Shown piece by piece: positions 1-13,717 of a stretch of 64,000 bases of DNA (positions within the stretch are counted from its first letter, which is position 1; each line of letters begins with the position of its first letter). A model generated the notes under the pieces. The model made no database searches. It was not told the DNA's origin and saw only the letters and a list, made by a program, of their open reading frames with translations. Position numbers and translations under genes: made by a program. Origin of the DNA: Octopus vulgaris (taxonomy: Eukaryota); NCBI GenBank assembly GCA_951406725.2, contig OX597815.1:139190001-139254000 (forward strand), given 5' to 3'.

Positions 1-1600
1 ATGTTGTAAAAATGATAAACAAACATTTAGGGTAATTAGGCAAAAAGTTCAGACTTTTCAAATTTACGTCGATTAAGATATGTCTTAATTATCCACTGTT
101 GAAATTTAAGAACAAATGCAAAATACAGGTATGAAAAATATTCTACTTAATGAGTACGAAAAGTGTAAATTTTTTACTGAAATACATCACCTAAACGGCA
201 GGAATTATTAGAAAATAAAGTACATTGCCAAAAAAGTTGAACATTATTCTGAATCAACTGGTTTATTTCATTAATGAAGTCGTTCCTATTAATTAACAGT
301 GGATTTAACGAGGTGATAGTAGTCACATTGTATGTGTTACTTGAAAACATGTCTTGTTTTCGTTAACTAATCAACACAGCATTGCATTAATGTCTTTTAG
401 AAAGGCATGAACAAAACAGCTCATTTTCTCGGCTAAGAATTATAAGTAATCTTATATAATGAAAAGTAATCATCATAGAATGGTAGTCGTTTCTCTCTAT
501 ACACGCAAAACCTCGTTATATCTAGCATGTTGTCCAATACAAATTGAATAGAATCTACAACTCTGTAAAAAAAGAAAAACATTGAAAATTCGATTCCATA
601 ACTAATTACTATTGAGAATCTGATCTGTATCTAAAAAATTCAGAATGAATACTATAACAATTTTACAAATGGTTAAAATGGGATCTCTGTTCTCTATCTA
701 AATTAGTATGTTAACAATATAAGAATATATAAATGATTAGGCTGGTATCTCTGAGTTGTATATAAAGTTGAAAGTTAGTATTATGGCATTCAAACAGGGA
801 AGAATGAAATATATGTTCGTTTGAATCTAACGGTAAATGTAGTTGGTGATGCAAATAGCTAGGAGCCAACTTCAAAACAGACCCACAATTGAATTTATAA
901 TTTTGTCGTGAATATCTCAGACTTTTGACAGCTATTTTTAGTTGGTCGAACGAGCGTGGAGAAGTTTCCTGGATGGTTTCTGACATTAAATATACAATCA
1001 GGAGGATAGCTTTATAAAAGAATGTTCATAATATTCATGAAAGTGTTTCTTTTATTGACATATTACAAACAATTTATTACTAATTACTGTATAAAAATAT
1101 GTCCTTACAAGATGACTTTAATAGCAAATAGGAAATAGGAAATGGTGACTTTCCCTAATAGGAAGGAACTCCAGAAGTAATAAAGGTAATAAATTATTTG
1201 CGACAAGAGCTGTATTACTACAAAAAGGTAATCTTTATATCCATCTTATCGTGCTTATCTTGTAAGAATGCGGGAAGATCCTCTGGTATAGGCGTTTGGT
1301 GCATAAAAGCAGACACAAAGATCATAGCAGACGAGAACCGTTTGTCATGGGCACCGGAATTCCCATATTGTGTAATTTCATTCTACTGGAAACCATGAGT
1401 TGGAATCGTCAGGTCATCTCATTCTGTATGTTTACAGCTGTCTTAACATTCACATCCGGTTACAGCATCGGCAATGATTTGAAGGTGTAAACACATTGTA
1501 TATATTTTACATACGCCTTATATACATATATGCAAACATACACGCGCGCGCATATATGCTTATGTACACATACAATTGTTTTTTCAAATTCCTTTCATTC

Positions 1601-2033
1601 TTTTCTTTCGGTAATTTGATTGTGGCCATGCTAGAGCACCGCCCTAAAGGGTTTTAGTCGAAGCCATCGACCACATGACTTATTTTTTGTAAGTCTAGTA
1701 CTTATTCCGTACTTATTACGAGGATGTAAACATACCAACACCGGTTCTCGAGCGGTGACGGAGCGACGAACACAAACACAGACACACAGACACACAGACA
1801 CACAGACACACACGCACACACACACATATATATATAAATGCACACACACACACACACACGCACACACATACATATATACGGCGGGTTTCTTTCAGCTTCC
1901 GTTTTCAAATCCACTCACAAAGCTTTGGTCGGCCCGGAGTATAGTAGAAGACACTTGCCCAAAGTGCCACATAGTGGGACTGAACCCAGAATCATGTGGT
2001 GAGAAGCAAGCATCTTACCATACAGCCATGCCT
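1601..2033 (-). mobile_element. tRNA-derived CORE-type SINE (octopus OR/OK-like family 1) with internal (CA)n/(TA)n
   Basis: Minus strand starts GGCATGGCTGTATGGTAAG (A box), then GGGTTCAGTCCC (B box) and CORE-like GGCACTTTGGGCAAGTGTCTTCTACTATA; homologous to copies at 10.8, 35.3, 38.4 and 46.7 kb. Confidence 0.85.
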
Positions 2034-2207
2034 GTGTCTGTATAGTTATACAATGATGCACCAGCAAGAAAGACCCTTCAGAATATATTCTGATTATATT
2101 CAGAATTGTATGTGTCAAATCAGATAATATTAACCGAATTCGAATTATGAATCATCTGTAAATACGGAATTAAATATTTTCGCATCCCTTTTCTGGATTT
2201 TGATTGA

Positions 2208-2208
<1 letters not shown>

Positions 2209-2250
<42 letters not shown>
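2209..2250. repeat. (CAT)n microsatellite, probably the tail of an RTE-related retroposon
   Basis: Pure CAT run followed by tttgacgtccgctttcca. Confidence 0.8.
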
Positions 2251-2934
2251 CCATTTGACGTCCGCTTTCCACCCTGGCTTGGGTTGGTTAGTTTGACAAG
2301 GTGGTCAGCTAGAGAGCTCTCCAGGCTGCGAATTTGTTTTTCCCATGAGAGTGCCGTACCCCAGTAATGAACTCATTTGCATACAGCCAATCAGCTCAAC
2401 TTGACCTTGTTGTCAAGTTTACAAAGGTTGGCATTGAAAATGGCGACCTCCGATTACCATCCGAATCTTGAATTGTGTTCTCATTCAGATGCCAATATCA
2501 TCGATACTGAACACACACTAGTTAGCGGTAGGTTCGAATCACTATAGCAATGAAATATAATGTTTTTGACCAATATGGAAGTACGGAAACTGTTCGAAGG
2601 TTTTTTTAAAATACACATTGATTCATTGATACGAATTATGGATGTGTGTGTATAGTTAACGTATTTTTCGCTATCCGAGTCCCACATGTGCATTTTCCTT
2701 TGGTCTACATCGAAAAACGAGTTTTATTCATTTTATGAGCTTTTGTACGAAAAAAAAGTAGTCACGAAAATGTGTGAGTACTATTATATTATTAGTAGTA
2801 ATTATAGATCTATTTATTATAATTATGTATTTAATTCTATGACACTAGTCTATAGAGTTCTGATTGGTTGCATGCAAATTAGTTCAAAACTGGGGTCCGG
2901 AACGTTCGTGGGAAAAAAAAATTTCGCGTCCGGG

Positions 2935-3775
2935 CTCCATGTCTGTTTTGGTTTCTATGGCTGGATTTCTTTCCTAACTCCAACCACTTTAAAGAATGTA
3001 CTGGGTGATTTTTGCGCAGCACTGGCACGAGTTCCTTTACGTAGCACCTGAATGGGCGCTTTTTACGTGACACCGGCACTCACGAGCCCACAATATTAGG
3101 AACGTTCAGCTGAAAAAGGATGTATGGGACATGACTGTATACAAAGACGACCGTGTATTTACTGAGTTCGACGTGTCTTCTCAAGTAGTACAGCAAACCG
3201 CCAGAAGTCTCGATCCCCTTTCACCCCTCTGTGATGCCCAACATCTGAAGATCCTTTCTTACCACTTCGTCCCACGTCTTCCTTGATCTATCTCTTCCAC
3301 ACTTTCTTTCCTCAATTAGAGCTCAGAATTTCTTGAGGCAACTATATTCATTCATACGCATTACATGACCGTACCAGCGCAGTCTTCTCTCTTGCGCACT
3401 ACATTCTATTCCCCTTACACCCAGTTTTTCTCTCAAATCACACTTTATTGTATATGCACACTGACATTACCCATCCAACGGAGCATACTAGCTTCATTTG
3501 TTTCAAGTCTTTGCATATCCCCAGCAGTCACAGCACATGTTTGACTGCCATGTAGCATAGCTATTCGTACACACATATCATACTATCTGCCGTCCACTCT
3601 GAGGGAGAGGTCCTTTGTTACTAACAGAAGTAGTATCTCTCTGAGCTTTGCCCAACCTATTCATATTCGAGCGGTTATGCTTCCGGAACAACCTCCACCA
3701 CTGCTAACTTAGTCACCTAAGTAACGGAAACTGTCTACTACTTCCAAGGATTCTAACTGACATTTGAGAGATTAT
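2935..3775 (-). mobile_element. RTE-clade LINE 3' fragment, degenerate
   Basis: Minus-strand translation with stops: LEVVDSFRYLGD..SSGGGC...ARI.IGWAK...MLHGSQT...RLETNEASMLRWM...ERRLRWYGHVMRM...RKTWDEVVRKD, typical of the RTE RT C-terminus. Confidence 0.85.
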
Positions 3776-4687
3776 TATTAGATATTTTCTAATATTGTTT
3801 GCTAGATTTCCAGGTGCAAGGCAACGTTAAATTACGTTCTCAATTTAATTATTGTATTACATGACATCCAGCACCGCCACCAACTAAAGTACTTGATGTG
3901 AGTTCTCTCTGAATCTCTGAATATATATGCATGAGAATGACCTTTCTTGAGTGGTACAGTTCAGATCTGCTACTTGATAAACGTGGACGCACCCGATATT
4001 ACTCATAATAATATCAATTACATTTCTCAAAGAATAGATCCATAGAACTCCATAGTCAATTTTCTATTCACATCTCTCGGCAGCGAAACAGAAACTATGA
4101 CAAAGAGCATGCAACGGAAACATACTGCTAACACAAAGTAGACAATAAGAGCACCATCAGCTTAGATTTAAATTATGGAATTACCAGGCAGCACAAAATC
4201 ATGGATGTTCGCTGTAATGACTCCTTGACTTTCATCAAGAACATGATATTCAAAAATAAAACAAAGAATTCCGTAGAGAAACTGAAAACAAAGTTGAAAG
4301 CTTTAACATTCTCGGCAATTCTGTTCGTGTTTGCAGAAAATGAAGGAGGAAATTGTACAAGTAAGTAAGTTATTTAAAGCAACCTTTAACACAATAACAT
4401 CTGAAAATCATTGAAACAGCAACATTAACAATGAAATCAATACAAAAACACAATACTTAGCCACAAAACATAGCTAGCAAGACAAACTACAATGCTTTGC
4501 TGAAGGGTAATAAAAACTATTGTCACCACTGAACGAAATGTAAATTCGTTAGTTTGGCAGAAGAGATTCGAGTACAGTAAGTAAAGGAATCCTAGCCAGA
4601 AGTAAACAAAGTCGTAAAAGGAAATCAACTTATCCGAATATATGTAGAAACATATATATAAATATATAAATTTAATATATCTATATA

Positions 4688-4864
4688 GGGAGAATTCACA
4701 AAAAAGAAACAATAGACGAAGACAGGTCGTGTAGACAACAAACAGATGTTTTAGTTTTACGCTCAGGCAGTGAGAAAAGTCTTTAACATTTCGAGCCTAC
4801 GCACTTCCCCAGAAAGGAACACAGAAAGAAACAAGGAGAGAAAATAAAGAATGTGTAGTGACTG
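4688..4864 (-). mobile_element. Short (TA)n-associated element, family A (probably Penelope-derived), with decayed hammerhead-like motif
   Basis: Reverse-complement homologue of 18006-18191; minus strand reads cttt CTGGGGAA gtgcgtaggctc GAAAtgtt aaag. Confidence 0.7.
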
Positions 4865-5044
4865 CGCGTGCGCAAACATACACATGCCCACGCACACACG
4901 CACTCACACACACACACAAACACACGGACACACATACGCACACACAACACCTACACACACATCCACGCACGCACATATATAAGCCCGGGTGTTTTATGGG
5001 AGCGTGTATGTATAATATGCATATACACATACACGTAGTTATAT

Positions 5045-5057
5045 ACTACTACTACTA

Positions 5058-5137
<80 letters not shown>

Positions 5138-5155
5138 TCTACTATTACTACTACT
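5045..5155. repeat. (TAC)n microsatellite
   Basis: Direct inspection; source of the poly-Tyr ORF. Confidence 0.95.
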
Positions 5156-6125
5156 GTATGAGTTAAAACTCTAAGTAGATTATCAGTATCCAGTCAGCAT
5201 TAAGAAAACTGGTTTTCAGGAAAATAGCAGTATTACTAGTTATGATATACTAAGTATATGTAGTGGAAAATACAAACACAGAAAGTTTTAGTTCCTAAGT
5301 ACGTTTCACCTTTGAAGTTATTCGGAAATCATTATTGAGTGTTCGGCATTCTGTTACAGAGATTTAATATCAAATCTCTCTTCTGTTCTCTGTAACAGAA
5401 TGTAATAAAAGGTTACTTTTATGATTCATTGCTGTTAGACGTCCAAAAGCAGTAGGAAAATGCAATGCTGAGTTGCAAAGAACAACAATAGTGAAACGTA
5501 TGTAGATACTAATAAGTTATACTTGCGTCTATCATGGTCGAACGGCCGGCAACTAAACAGGCAACTCACTAAAGTTGCTTGGTGATGAAAATGAATGTGG
5601 GGAAACCTGTCGAATAGTGGATGAATTCAAGAATGCCATACGACTAGTTTACATATTACTATATATTATATTCGAGACGTATATGTGTATGTAAATGCAT
5701 ATAAGCGACAGATACTGTCACTTTAAACCTAGGATGTTTGTTATCCGTGGTCACCTTGCCTTTATACTGTTGTAATTTTTAGCAAATTATAAAATTATAT
5801 ATGAAAGAGAAACGGAAGGATTTTGTGAATTAACTTTTAAACATTTAAAAAAATTTAAATGACTATTGAAATGTTTGTGTGGGGGCAATTTGGGAGATGA
5901 GTGGCAAGGATTAAATGAGAGGTGTATGTTAGCTTTGCTGAATTATTGGAACAATTCATTAAGTACTCTGAAATAGATGAATCGTGTCATTACATATTAA
6001 AATATTGTTTCTATATTGTCTGTCTCTTGTCGTAAAGCAGGCATATATCTCTGTTCATAAATTTTCATTCTAAAATCTTTCAACTAAAAATAATCGTATT
6101 TTTGTTTCTAGACGATCATATAAGT

Positions 6126-6245
<120 letters not shown>

Positions 6246-6404
6246 AATTAAGGACTGAACACGAAAAGGTGGACAGTCAACATGCTAGATATAGACGTCA
6301 AATCGCCATTCTCCACAAAGATTTTGTTCTCAAATAAAAATAAAATTCAGCACGACCTAAAGCAATGGATGAGACAAAAGAAATATACTAAATGGAATAA
6401 TCAC

Positions 6405-6466
6405 CTACGTACCGTACAGTTTCAGCTATTAATATCACAAGGATATCTGTAGCTTCGTCAGCGTAG
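6405..6466 (-). ncRNA. Type I hammerhead ribozyme, copy 1
   Basis: Minus strand: CUACG-CUGACGA-AGCUA.ca.GAUAUC.cuugu.GAUAUU.aa.UAGCU-GAA-ACU.guac.GGU-A-CGUAG; canonical core, three paired stems, GUA cleavage triplet. Confidence 0.9.
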
Positions 6467-6912
6467 TTTGTTATGAGCATAATATGCTGTACTAGATGAA
6501 AAACGGTACCGGAGTCCCGCATGCAAAAAGTACAACTTATTACATTCGGATGTATCTTTCAAATGCCTCTACTTTTGGCGCGCTGATAATCGAAAAACCA
6601 GCCTGCAGCTAATAATTAGCAGCAGTCAATTTATCGGTTTGAGAACATATATTTCATATTTAAAAATTAAGGGTAGAAATTGATATTAGTCAATTAAAAC
6701 CAGTGGTCTAGCACATTAAAAAGAATCCGAAGATTAAAATATTTATATATACCAATTAAGGACTGAACACGAAAAGGTGGACAGTCAACATGCTAGATAT
6801 AGACGTCAAATCGCCATTCTCCACAAAGATTTTGTTCTCAAATAAAAATAAAATTCAGCACGACCTAAAGCAATGGATGAGACAAAAGAAATATACTAAA
6901 TGGAATAATCAC

Positions 6913-6974
6913 CTACGTACCGTACAGTTTCAGCTATTAATATCACAAGGATATCTGTAGCTTCGTCAGCGTAG
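6913..6974 (-). ncRNA. Type I hammerhead ribozyme, copy 2
   Basis: Identical to 6405-6466, offset +508. Confidence 0.9.
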
Positions 6975-7420
6975 TTTGTTATGAGCATAATATGCTGTAC
7001 TAGATGAAAAACGGTACCGGAGTCCCGCATGCAAAAAGTACAACTTATTACATTCGGATGTATCTTTCAAATGCCTCTACTTTTGGCGCGCTGATAATCG
7101 AAAAACCAGCCTGCAGCTAATAATTAGCAGCAGTCAATTTATCGGTTTGAGAACATATATTTCATATTTAAAAATTAAGGGTAGAAATTGATATTAGTCA
7201 ATTAAAACCAGTGGTCTAGCACATTAAAAAGAATCCGAAGATTAAAATATTTATATATACCAATTAAGGACTGAACACGAAAAGGTGGACAGTCAACATG
7301 CTAGATATAGACGTCAAATCGCCATTCTCCACAAAGATTTTGTTCTCAAATAAAAATAAAATTCAGCACGACCTAAAGCAATGGATGAGACAAAAGAAAT
7401 ATACTAAATGGAATAATCAC

Positions 7421-7482
7421 CTACGTACCGTACAGTTTCAGCTATTAATATCACAAGGATATCTGTAGCTTCGTCAGCGTAG
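7421..7482 (-). ncRNA. Type I hammerhead ribozyme, copy 3
   Basis: Identical to 6405-6466, offset +1016. Confidence 0.9.
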
Positions 7483-8118
7483 TTTGTTATGAGCATAATG
7501 TGCTGTACTAGATGAAAAACGGTACCGGAGTCCGCATGCAAAAAGTACAACTTATTACATTCGGATGTATCTTTCAAATGCCTCTACTTTTGGCGCGCTG
7601 ATAATCGAAAAACCAGCCTGCAGCTAATAATTAGCAGCAGTCAATTTATCGGTTTGAGAACATATATTTCATATTTAAAAATTAAGGGTAGAAATTGATA
7701 TTAGCCAATTAAAACCAGTGGTCTAGCACATTAAAAAGAATCCGAAGATTAAAAATATATATATATATATTATATAATTTTAGACGATCATATCAGCCCC
7801 AGTATATGTTTCACTCGTGTAAACGCTGAGTCGCTAAGTAAGGAGATACAAGCTAGCAGCAATGAATAGCAAGTCATATTGACTTAAAAAGGAGCGTAAT
7901 TATACGCTCAGACATGGAGACATGGACAAGTATTGAGCCTACTCAAGGGTATAATAGAATACTCTTTCTTCAAGATGACATTTAGTGGGATTGAGTCAGA
8001 AACTATGTGATTTCCAAACAAAGTTCTTAGCAAAACAGTCATGCCTCCTCATATATATGTATGTATATCTATATATAAAGGTAAACGTATGCATGTTTAT
8101 ATATATATACGCAATATA

Positions 8119-9290
8119 CAGTAGTGACCATAATATAAGGGTCAATAAGAACAAGTGTATTGAAATATTTGTTATAGAAGATTAACAAAACATTCAGACT
8201 AGATATTTTACACATAATTAGATATATCTAATATCTATCTTTCCTGAAACTCTCAAGTGAATGGAATAAATATTTCGTAAGTTATGAAGAAATAAACAAT
8301 CTTCCAAATCGCAGCGATGCCTCTTAGAAAAAATGAACTACTAACCGAGGTATTTGTTGTTTAGAAGACTGATAATGGGCTAACAGTTACTTCTTATGAT
8401 CTTACATTATTGGAACATTCAACAATCAACAAGGCGGCTTCTGAGAGACGACCGGTTTCCTGTGATGAAAAAACAAATGATAATTTTTCTTCACAAAGAG
8501 GGCAAGTCAAATTCTGTGGTAGCAAATACTATAGCAAAGTCTAGAAGTGTTGTACAACGAATTGTAGATCGTTTTAAGTCATCATGATTGACAGACGCTA
8601 AACCCCAAACCAGTAAACCATGTAAAACTTCACCAAGACAGGATCATATTATGGTTAGAATGCCACTTGAAGGATAGGTTTAAGAGTGCTACTGAGATAT
8701 CCTGCGAGTTTATCTCCACTTCCAATGCCAACGTATCGCGCAAAACAGTTTATCGGAGGTTACGTGGTTCTGGGTTGCTTGCACGAGCACCGGCAAAGAA
8801 ACCTCTGATCTCCAAGAAGACTCAAAGAGCCCGTCTTCGTTTTGCTCACGAACATGTCGTTTGGACAGAAGAACTGGTCGCAGGTTCATTTTAGCACTGA
8901 ATCGAATTTTAATGTTATTGGTTCTGATGGTGGATGTACGTCCGTCGAAGTGGCGAAAGGTTATCTCATGCATGTGTGAATAAGACAAGGAATTTTGAAG
9001 GAGACAGTGTAATGGTATGAGGCGTAATCTCTGCTGTTGGTCCTGGTCCATTTATTCGCCTACAAGGGACTGTCAAATCTAAAAGCAGATTCTCAGACAG
9101 CATGCCCTTCTACATCTCCAATATTCGTCAGTTCAACCTCCTATCTTCGTGCAAGACAACGCTCCCTGTCACATTGCGAAGAGATTCAAAGATTTTTTGA
9201 ATGATGAAGAAGTTGATCTCATGGACTGGCCACCCCAAAGTCTCGATTTCAACCCTATAGAAAACATCTGGAAGATTATTGGAGATGTGG
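8119..9290 (+). mobile_element. Tc1-like (DD34E) DNA transposon relic, 3' truncated
   Basis: TA|CAGT start; broken frames give HTH (IIFLHKEGKS..IAKSRSVVQRIV), VSRKTVYRRLRGSGL.AR.PAKKPLISK..RARLRFA, QDNAPCH and WPPQSLDFNPIENIW. Confidence 0.88.
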
Positions 9291-9351
9291 CGTGAAGGAG
9301 AACCAAGATGCACTGTGGGAATTATTGAAAAGTGTGACAGTAGGAATTGTA

Positions 9352-9416
9352 TGAGCAGCAGCAAAACTGAAAGTAGCAGCAGCAGTAGTAGCAGCAGCAG
9401 CAGTAGCAGTAGCAGC

Positions 9417-9470
<54 letters not shown>

Positions 9471-9488
9471 TCTTGTTGTTGTTGTAGT
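9352..9488. repeat. (AGC)n/(AGT)n/(GTT)n compound microsatellite
   Basis: Direct inspection. Confidence 0.95.
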
Positions 9489-10558
9489 AGACAGCGACGC
9501 TAGTTTACTATTTAGTTTCTCATCTACAAACACATTATTATCAAACGTCTTGTACCAAGATTTTCATCTCAGTTCTTACTCAAAAATCTAGAGACCACCG
9601 TTGTTCGAAGATTTACCTGACTGCATGGTACCCGAATACAATATATGGCCATGAGGAGGCGCTGCATGCGTCCTAGTGGGGGTGGGGGACTCTCTGAACC
9701 TGTGGGAGGAGACTTACATACATTTTAACCTTTCACAGACAGTTAGCTGGCAACAGTAGGTGAAAGGAGAGAGTAGCATGTGGAAGCAGCGTGTACCAAC
9801 TACAAGCATGACTAGACCAATGCATTGTACAAGCACTCCTCCACACACATACAAATACCTGGCGAATATTATTATCACACAGCATAAGGTTTAGTGAATA
9901 TAAAACTAATTTGGCTAGTTCCTTATATCTGTTAAGTATCGATGTGACTTCATGAAGATTAATGATAGGATAACAATAGTTAGAGGCATAAAACTTCCAC
10001 GTTTCACACGCATTTATCAAGTTAGACACTTATCAAGGTTGCTTCAACATAGTGCATCGTTGTGTATTCCTAAAAAGAACTACAATTAGAATTATATTTC
10101 TGATATCCCCATTAATGGGCTTATTCGTAAATAACTAATTCTTGGTTCCTACGATCACATATGATCTCACTTATCTATCTTTATCATCTACGCAGCCAAC
10201 ACACCTATACATAGCATATACATATATACTACGTCTAAAATAATTATTTTCTGTATTGCGCTTGATTAAGGTTGACTTTTTTTATAGAATCCAAAACTAA
10301 TTAAGAGATGAGAGATGATTAATTAATTAATTAATCAACAACTAGGTATTTAGACGGCCTTATATTACATACATAGAAACAAAGATAAATACATTCTGTC
10401 CGCAGATATACACACATGTTGTGTATGTGTATATGTGTATGTGTGTATGCGCGTGTGTATGTATGTGTGTGTGTATGGTTCGTGTATTTAGGCATAGAAA
10501 ATTGCACACACACCTATGCGTGAATACATACATATAAATGTATATGCATATGTATGTG

Positions 10559-10617
<59 letters not shown>

Positions 10618-10825
10618 TGTGTGTGTTGTGCGTGTACATACATTGATATAGAAATACGAATGCTTGAACACCCGTGCGATCGTGTGTGTATTTCTAGTTT
10701 ACTTTCAAATTTATCATAATCAAGAAAAGTCAGTTTCTACTCCAGAAATAAGACTCTTTCATTGTTGTCTAGCCGACAATAATGAGCTTTGTATGCATGT
10801 TTCTACGTGCGTATATGTATATATA

Positions 10826-11259
10826 CTCTTTTACTATTTTACTTGTTTCAGTCATTTGACTGTGGCCATGCTGAAGCACCACGTTCAGTCGCGCAAATCG
10901 ACCTCAGGACTTATTCTTTGTAAGCCTAGTACTGGTTCTATCGTTCTCTTTTTGCCGAACCTCTAAGTTACGGGGGAGTAAACACACCACCATCGGTTGT
11001 CAAGCGATGGGAAGGGGACAAACACAAACACACAAACACACACACACACACACACACACATACATATATATATATATGTATATATGTATATATATATATA
11101 TATACGACGGGCTTCTTTCAGTTTATTTGCACCAAATCCACTCACAAGGCTTTGGTCGGCCCGAGTCTATAGTAGAAGACACTTGTCCAAGATGCCACGC
11201 AGTGGAAATGAACCCGGAACCATGTGGTTGGTAAGCAAGCTACTTACCACACAGCCGCT

Positions 11260-11261
<2 letters not shown>
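10826..11261 (-). mobile_element. tRNA-derived CORE-type SINE family 1
   Basis: Full-length homologue of 35286-35700; A/B boxes at right end on the minus strand. Confidence 0.9.
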
Positions 11262-11292
<31 letters not shown>

Positions 11293-11295
<3 letters not shown>

Positions 11296-12643
11296 CAAAA
11301 ATGCCCAAAACTAAACAAAAACAATAGAAAAAACACAAGAGTTCCTACGATATAAACACGCGAACTAAGCGAGCTCAGTGTCGACCAGCAGTCGCGTGTA
11401 TGAAACTCGCTCGTACTTCAAGACAAAAATTCGCAGGAGTCTCAGCTCGTACAGCAAATTACTCGTACAATAGTGCACTCGTACTGCGAGGTCCTACTGT
11501 AATAGAAGACATGGAGAAAGACATGTTTGCTCTCTTTAAACAAATAGTTGAGCACTGTTCGTCACCGAATCCTCAACATTTCTTAAAATTAAATGGTATT
11601 TTATGTGTGTGTGTCTGTATGTCCGTGTATGTGTGTGTGAGAGAGAGAGAGAAAGAGAGAGAGGGGGTGCAAAAAGCTGTTCCATTCATGTGAATTGTAC
11701 TCCGATATGGGGTAAACGTTCAAAATCTTGAATTCTTCCTTTAATGATCACGAATGTGGCTTCTATAAAACCGATCTACTGGAACTTTGCCCTTCGCCAG
11801 TTAACTACTTCACCATTAACTTAAAGAAACATGACTTGGAAATTATTGGTGTACTCGACAAAAATAGTGTTGTATTCTAGGCTTCAATCTGTAGCAATAA
11901 CAAGAAAGGGTTACTACTATGGAAAACCAGCCGGAAACGAATGTCAACAGCTTAAAGAATATATTAGAAAATAACTTGTAAGGTTGCTAGTAGTTAAAAA
12001 TGAGATTCATTGCAGGGTTAACATATGTTATTTTCACAAGGTAGGCAATTTCTAAAAAAGATGTATGATTACGACCCACTGAAATTTTTTAGTTCTTCGA
12101 AATTAATAAACAAAACGAATAAATATTTGATTTTATGTATCCTTTTCTTTATAGTTCCTTAATTTCGAATTCAAATTTCTAATTCTGCTCAATGCTGGCT
12201 TCAAATTCTGGCACAAAAGCAGCAGGTTTAGGGGAGGAGTTAAGTCGATTAAATCAATCCTAGTGTCCACCTAGTACTTATTTTATCGCTCACGAATAAA
12301 TGAAAAAAGCAAAGACAACCACTGTGAAATTTGAAACTAGAACGGCATTCCGTCCAGCTTGCTAACCATTCTGCCAGCTCGCTGCCTTAATCCCGTTAAA
12401 AATCAACAAGAAACGATTATCTCATTTGTAATAACTGAGCCTACTAGGGGAGCTACGTTTATTATTATGTCCCGTATTATTATGTCCGTATTAACATGGA
12501 CAACATGCAATAGAATCTTCAAGATTGCCGCAAATGCTATGACACACTTTTAAGTACACACGGTGATACTTATATTAATACTTAAGTCGATGCATCCCTA
12601 GAAGTATACGTGTATACATACAAAGATATCCATATACACACCC

Positions 12644-12685
<42 letters not shown>

Positions 12686-13717
12686 GGGGTTGTCTTTGCT
12701 TTTTTCAATTATTCGTGAGCGATAAAATAAGTACTAGGTGGACACTAGGATTGATTTAATCGACTTAACTCCTCCCCTAAACCTGCTGCTTTTGTGCCAG
12801 AATTTGAAGCCAACATTGAGCAGAATTAGAAATTTGAATTCGAAATTAAGGAACTATAAAGAAAAGGATACATAAAATCAAATATTTATTCGTTTTGTTT
12901 ATTAATTTCGAAGAACTAAAAAATTTCAGTGGGTCGTAATCATACATCTTTTTTAGAAATTGCCTACCTTGTGAAAATAACATATGTTAACCCTGCAATG
13001 AATCTCATTTTTAACTACTAGCAACCTTACAAGTTATTTTCTAATATATTCTTTAAGCTGTTGACATTCGTTTCCGGCTGGTTTTCCATAGTAGTAACCC
13101 TTTCTTGTTATTGCTACAGATTGAAGCCTAGAATACAACACTATTTTTGTCGAGTACACCAATAATTTCCAAGTCATGTTTCTTTAAGTTAATGGTGAAG
13201 TAGTTAACTGGCGAAGGGCAAAGTTCCAGTAGATCGGTTTTATAGAAGCCACATTCGTGATCATTAAAGGAAGAATTCAAGATTTTGAACGTTTACCCCA
13301 TATCGGAGTACAATTCACATGAATGGAACAGCTTTTTGCACCCCCCTCTCTCTTTTTCTCTCTCTCTCTCACACACACATACACGGACATACAGACACAC
13401 ACACATAAAATACCATTTAATTTTAAGAAATGTTGAGGATTCGGTGACGAACAGTGCTCAACTATTTGTTTAAAGAGAGCAAACATGTCTTTCTCCATGT
13501 CTTCTATTACAGTAGGACCTCGCAGTACGAGTGCACTATTGTACGAGTAATTTGCTGTACGAGCTGAGACTCCTGCGAATTTTTGTCTTGAAGTACGAGC
13601 GAGTTTCATACACGCGACTGCTGGTCGACACTGAGCTCGCTTAGTTCGCGTGTTTATATCGTAGGAACTCTTGTGTTTTTTCTATTGTTTTTGTTTAGTT
13701 TTGGGCATTTTTGTTAT
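11293..13717. repeat. Long inverted duplication: arms ~11293-12320 and ~12688-13717, 367-bp spacer
   Basis: Arms are reverse complements with only a few differences; the same MKLARTSRQKF ORF appears on both strands (11400+ and 13609-). Confidence 0.95.
12196..12386 (-). mobile_element. tRNA-derived SINE family 2
   Basis: Minus strand GGCAGCGAGCTGGCAGAATGGTTAGCAAGC...GTTCTAGTTTCAAATTTC...GATAAAATAAGTAC; homologous to 57290-57430 and 58056-58180. Confidence 0.75.

Noticed and set aside
1960-2033. tRNA genes at SINE heads
   Set aside because: A/B boxes belong to SINEs; no complete cloverleaf, and each is fused to a SINE body
11400-13609. Twin ORFs MKLARTSRQKF as a duplicated gene
   Set aside because: Antisense reading of the Tigger 5' terminus plus a microsatellite, duplicated by the inverted repeat
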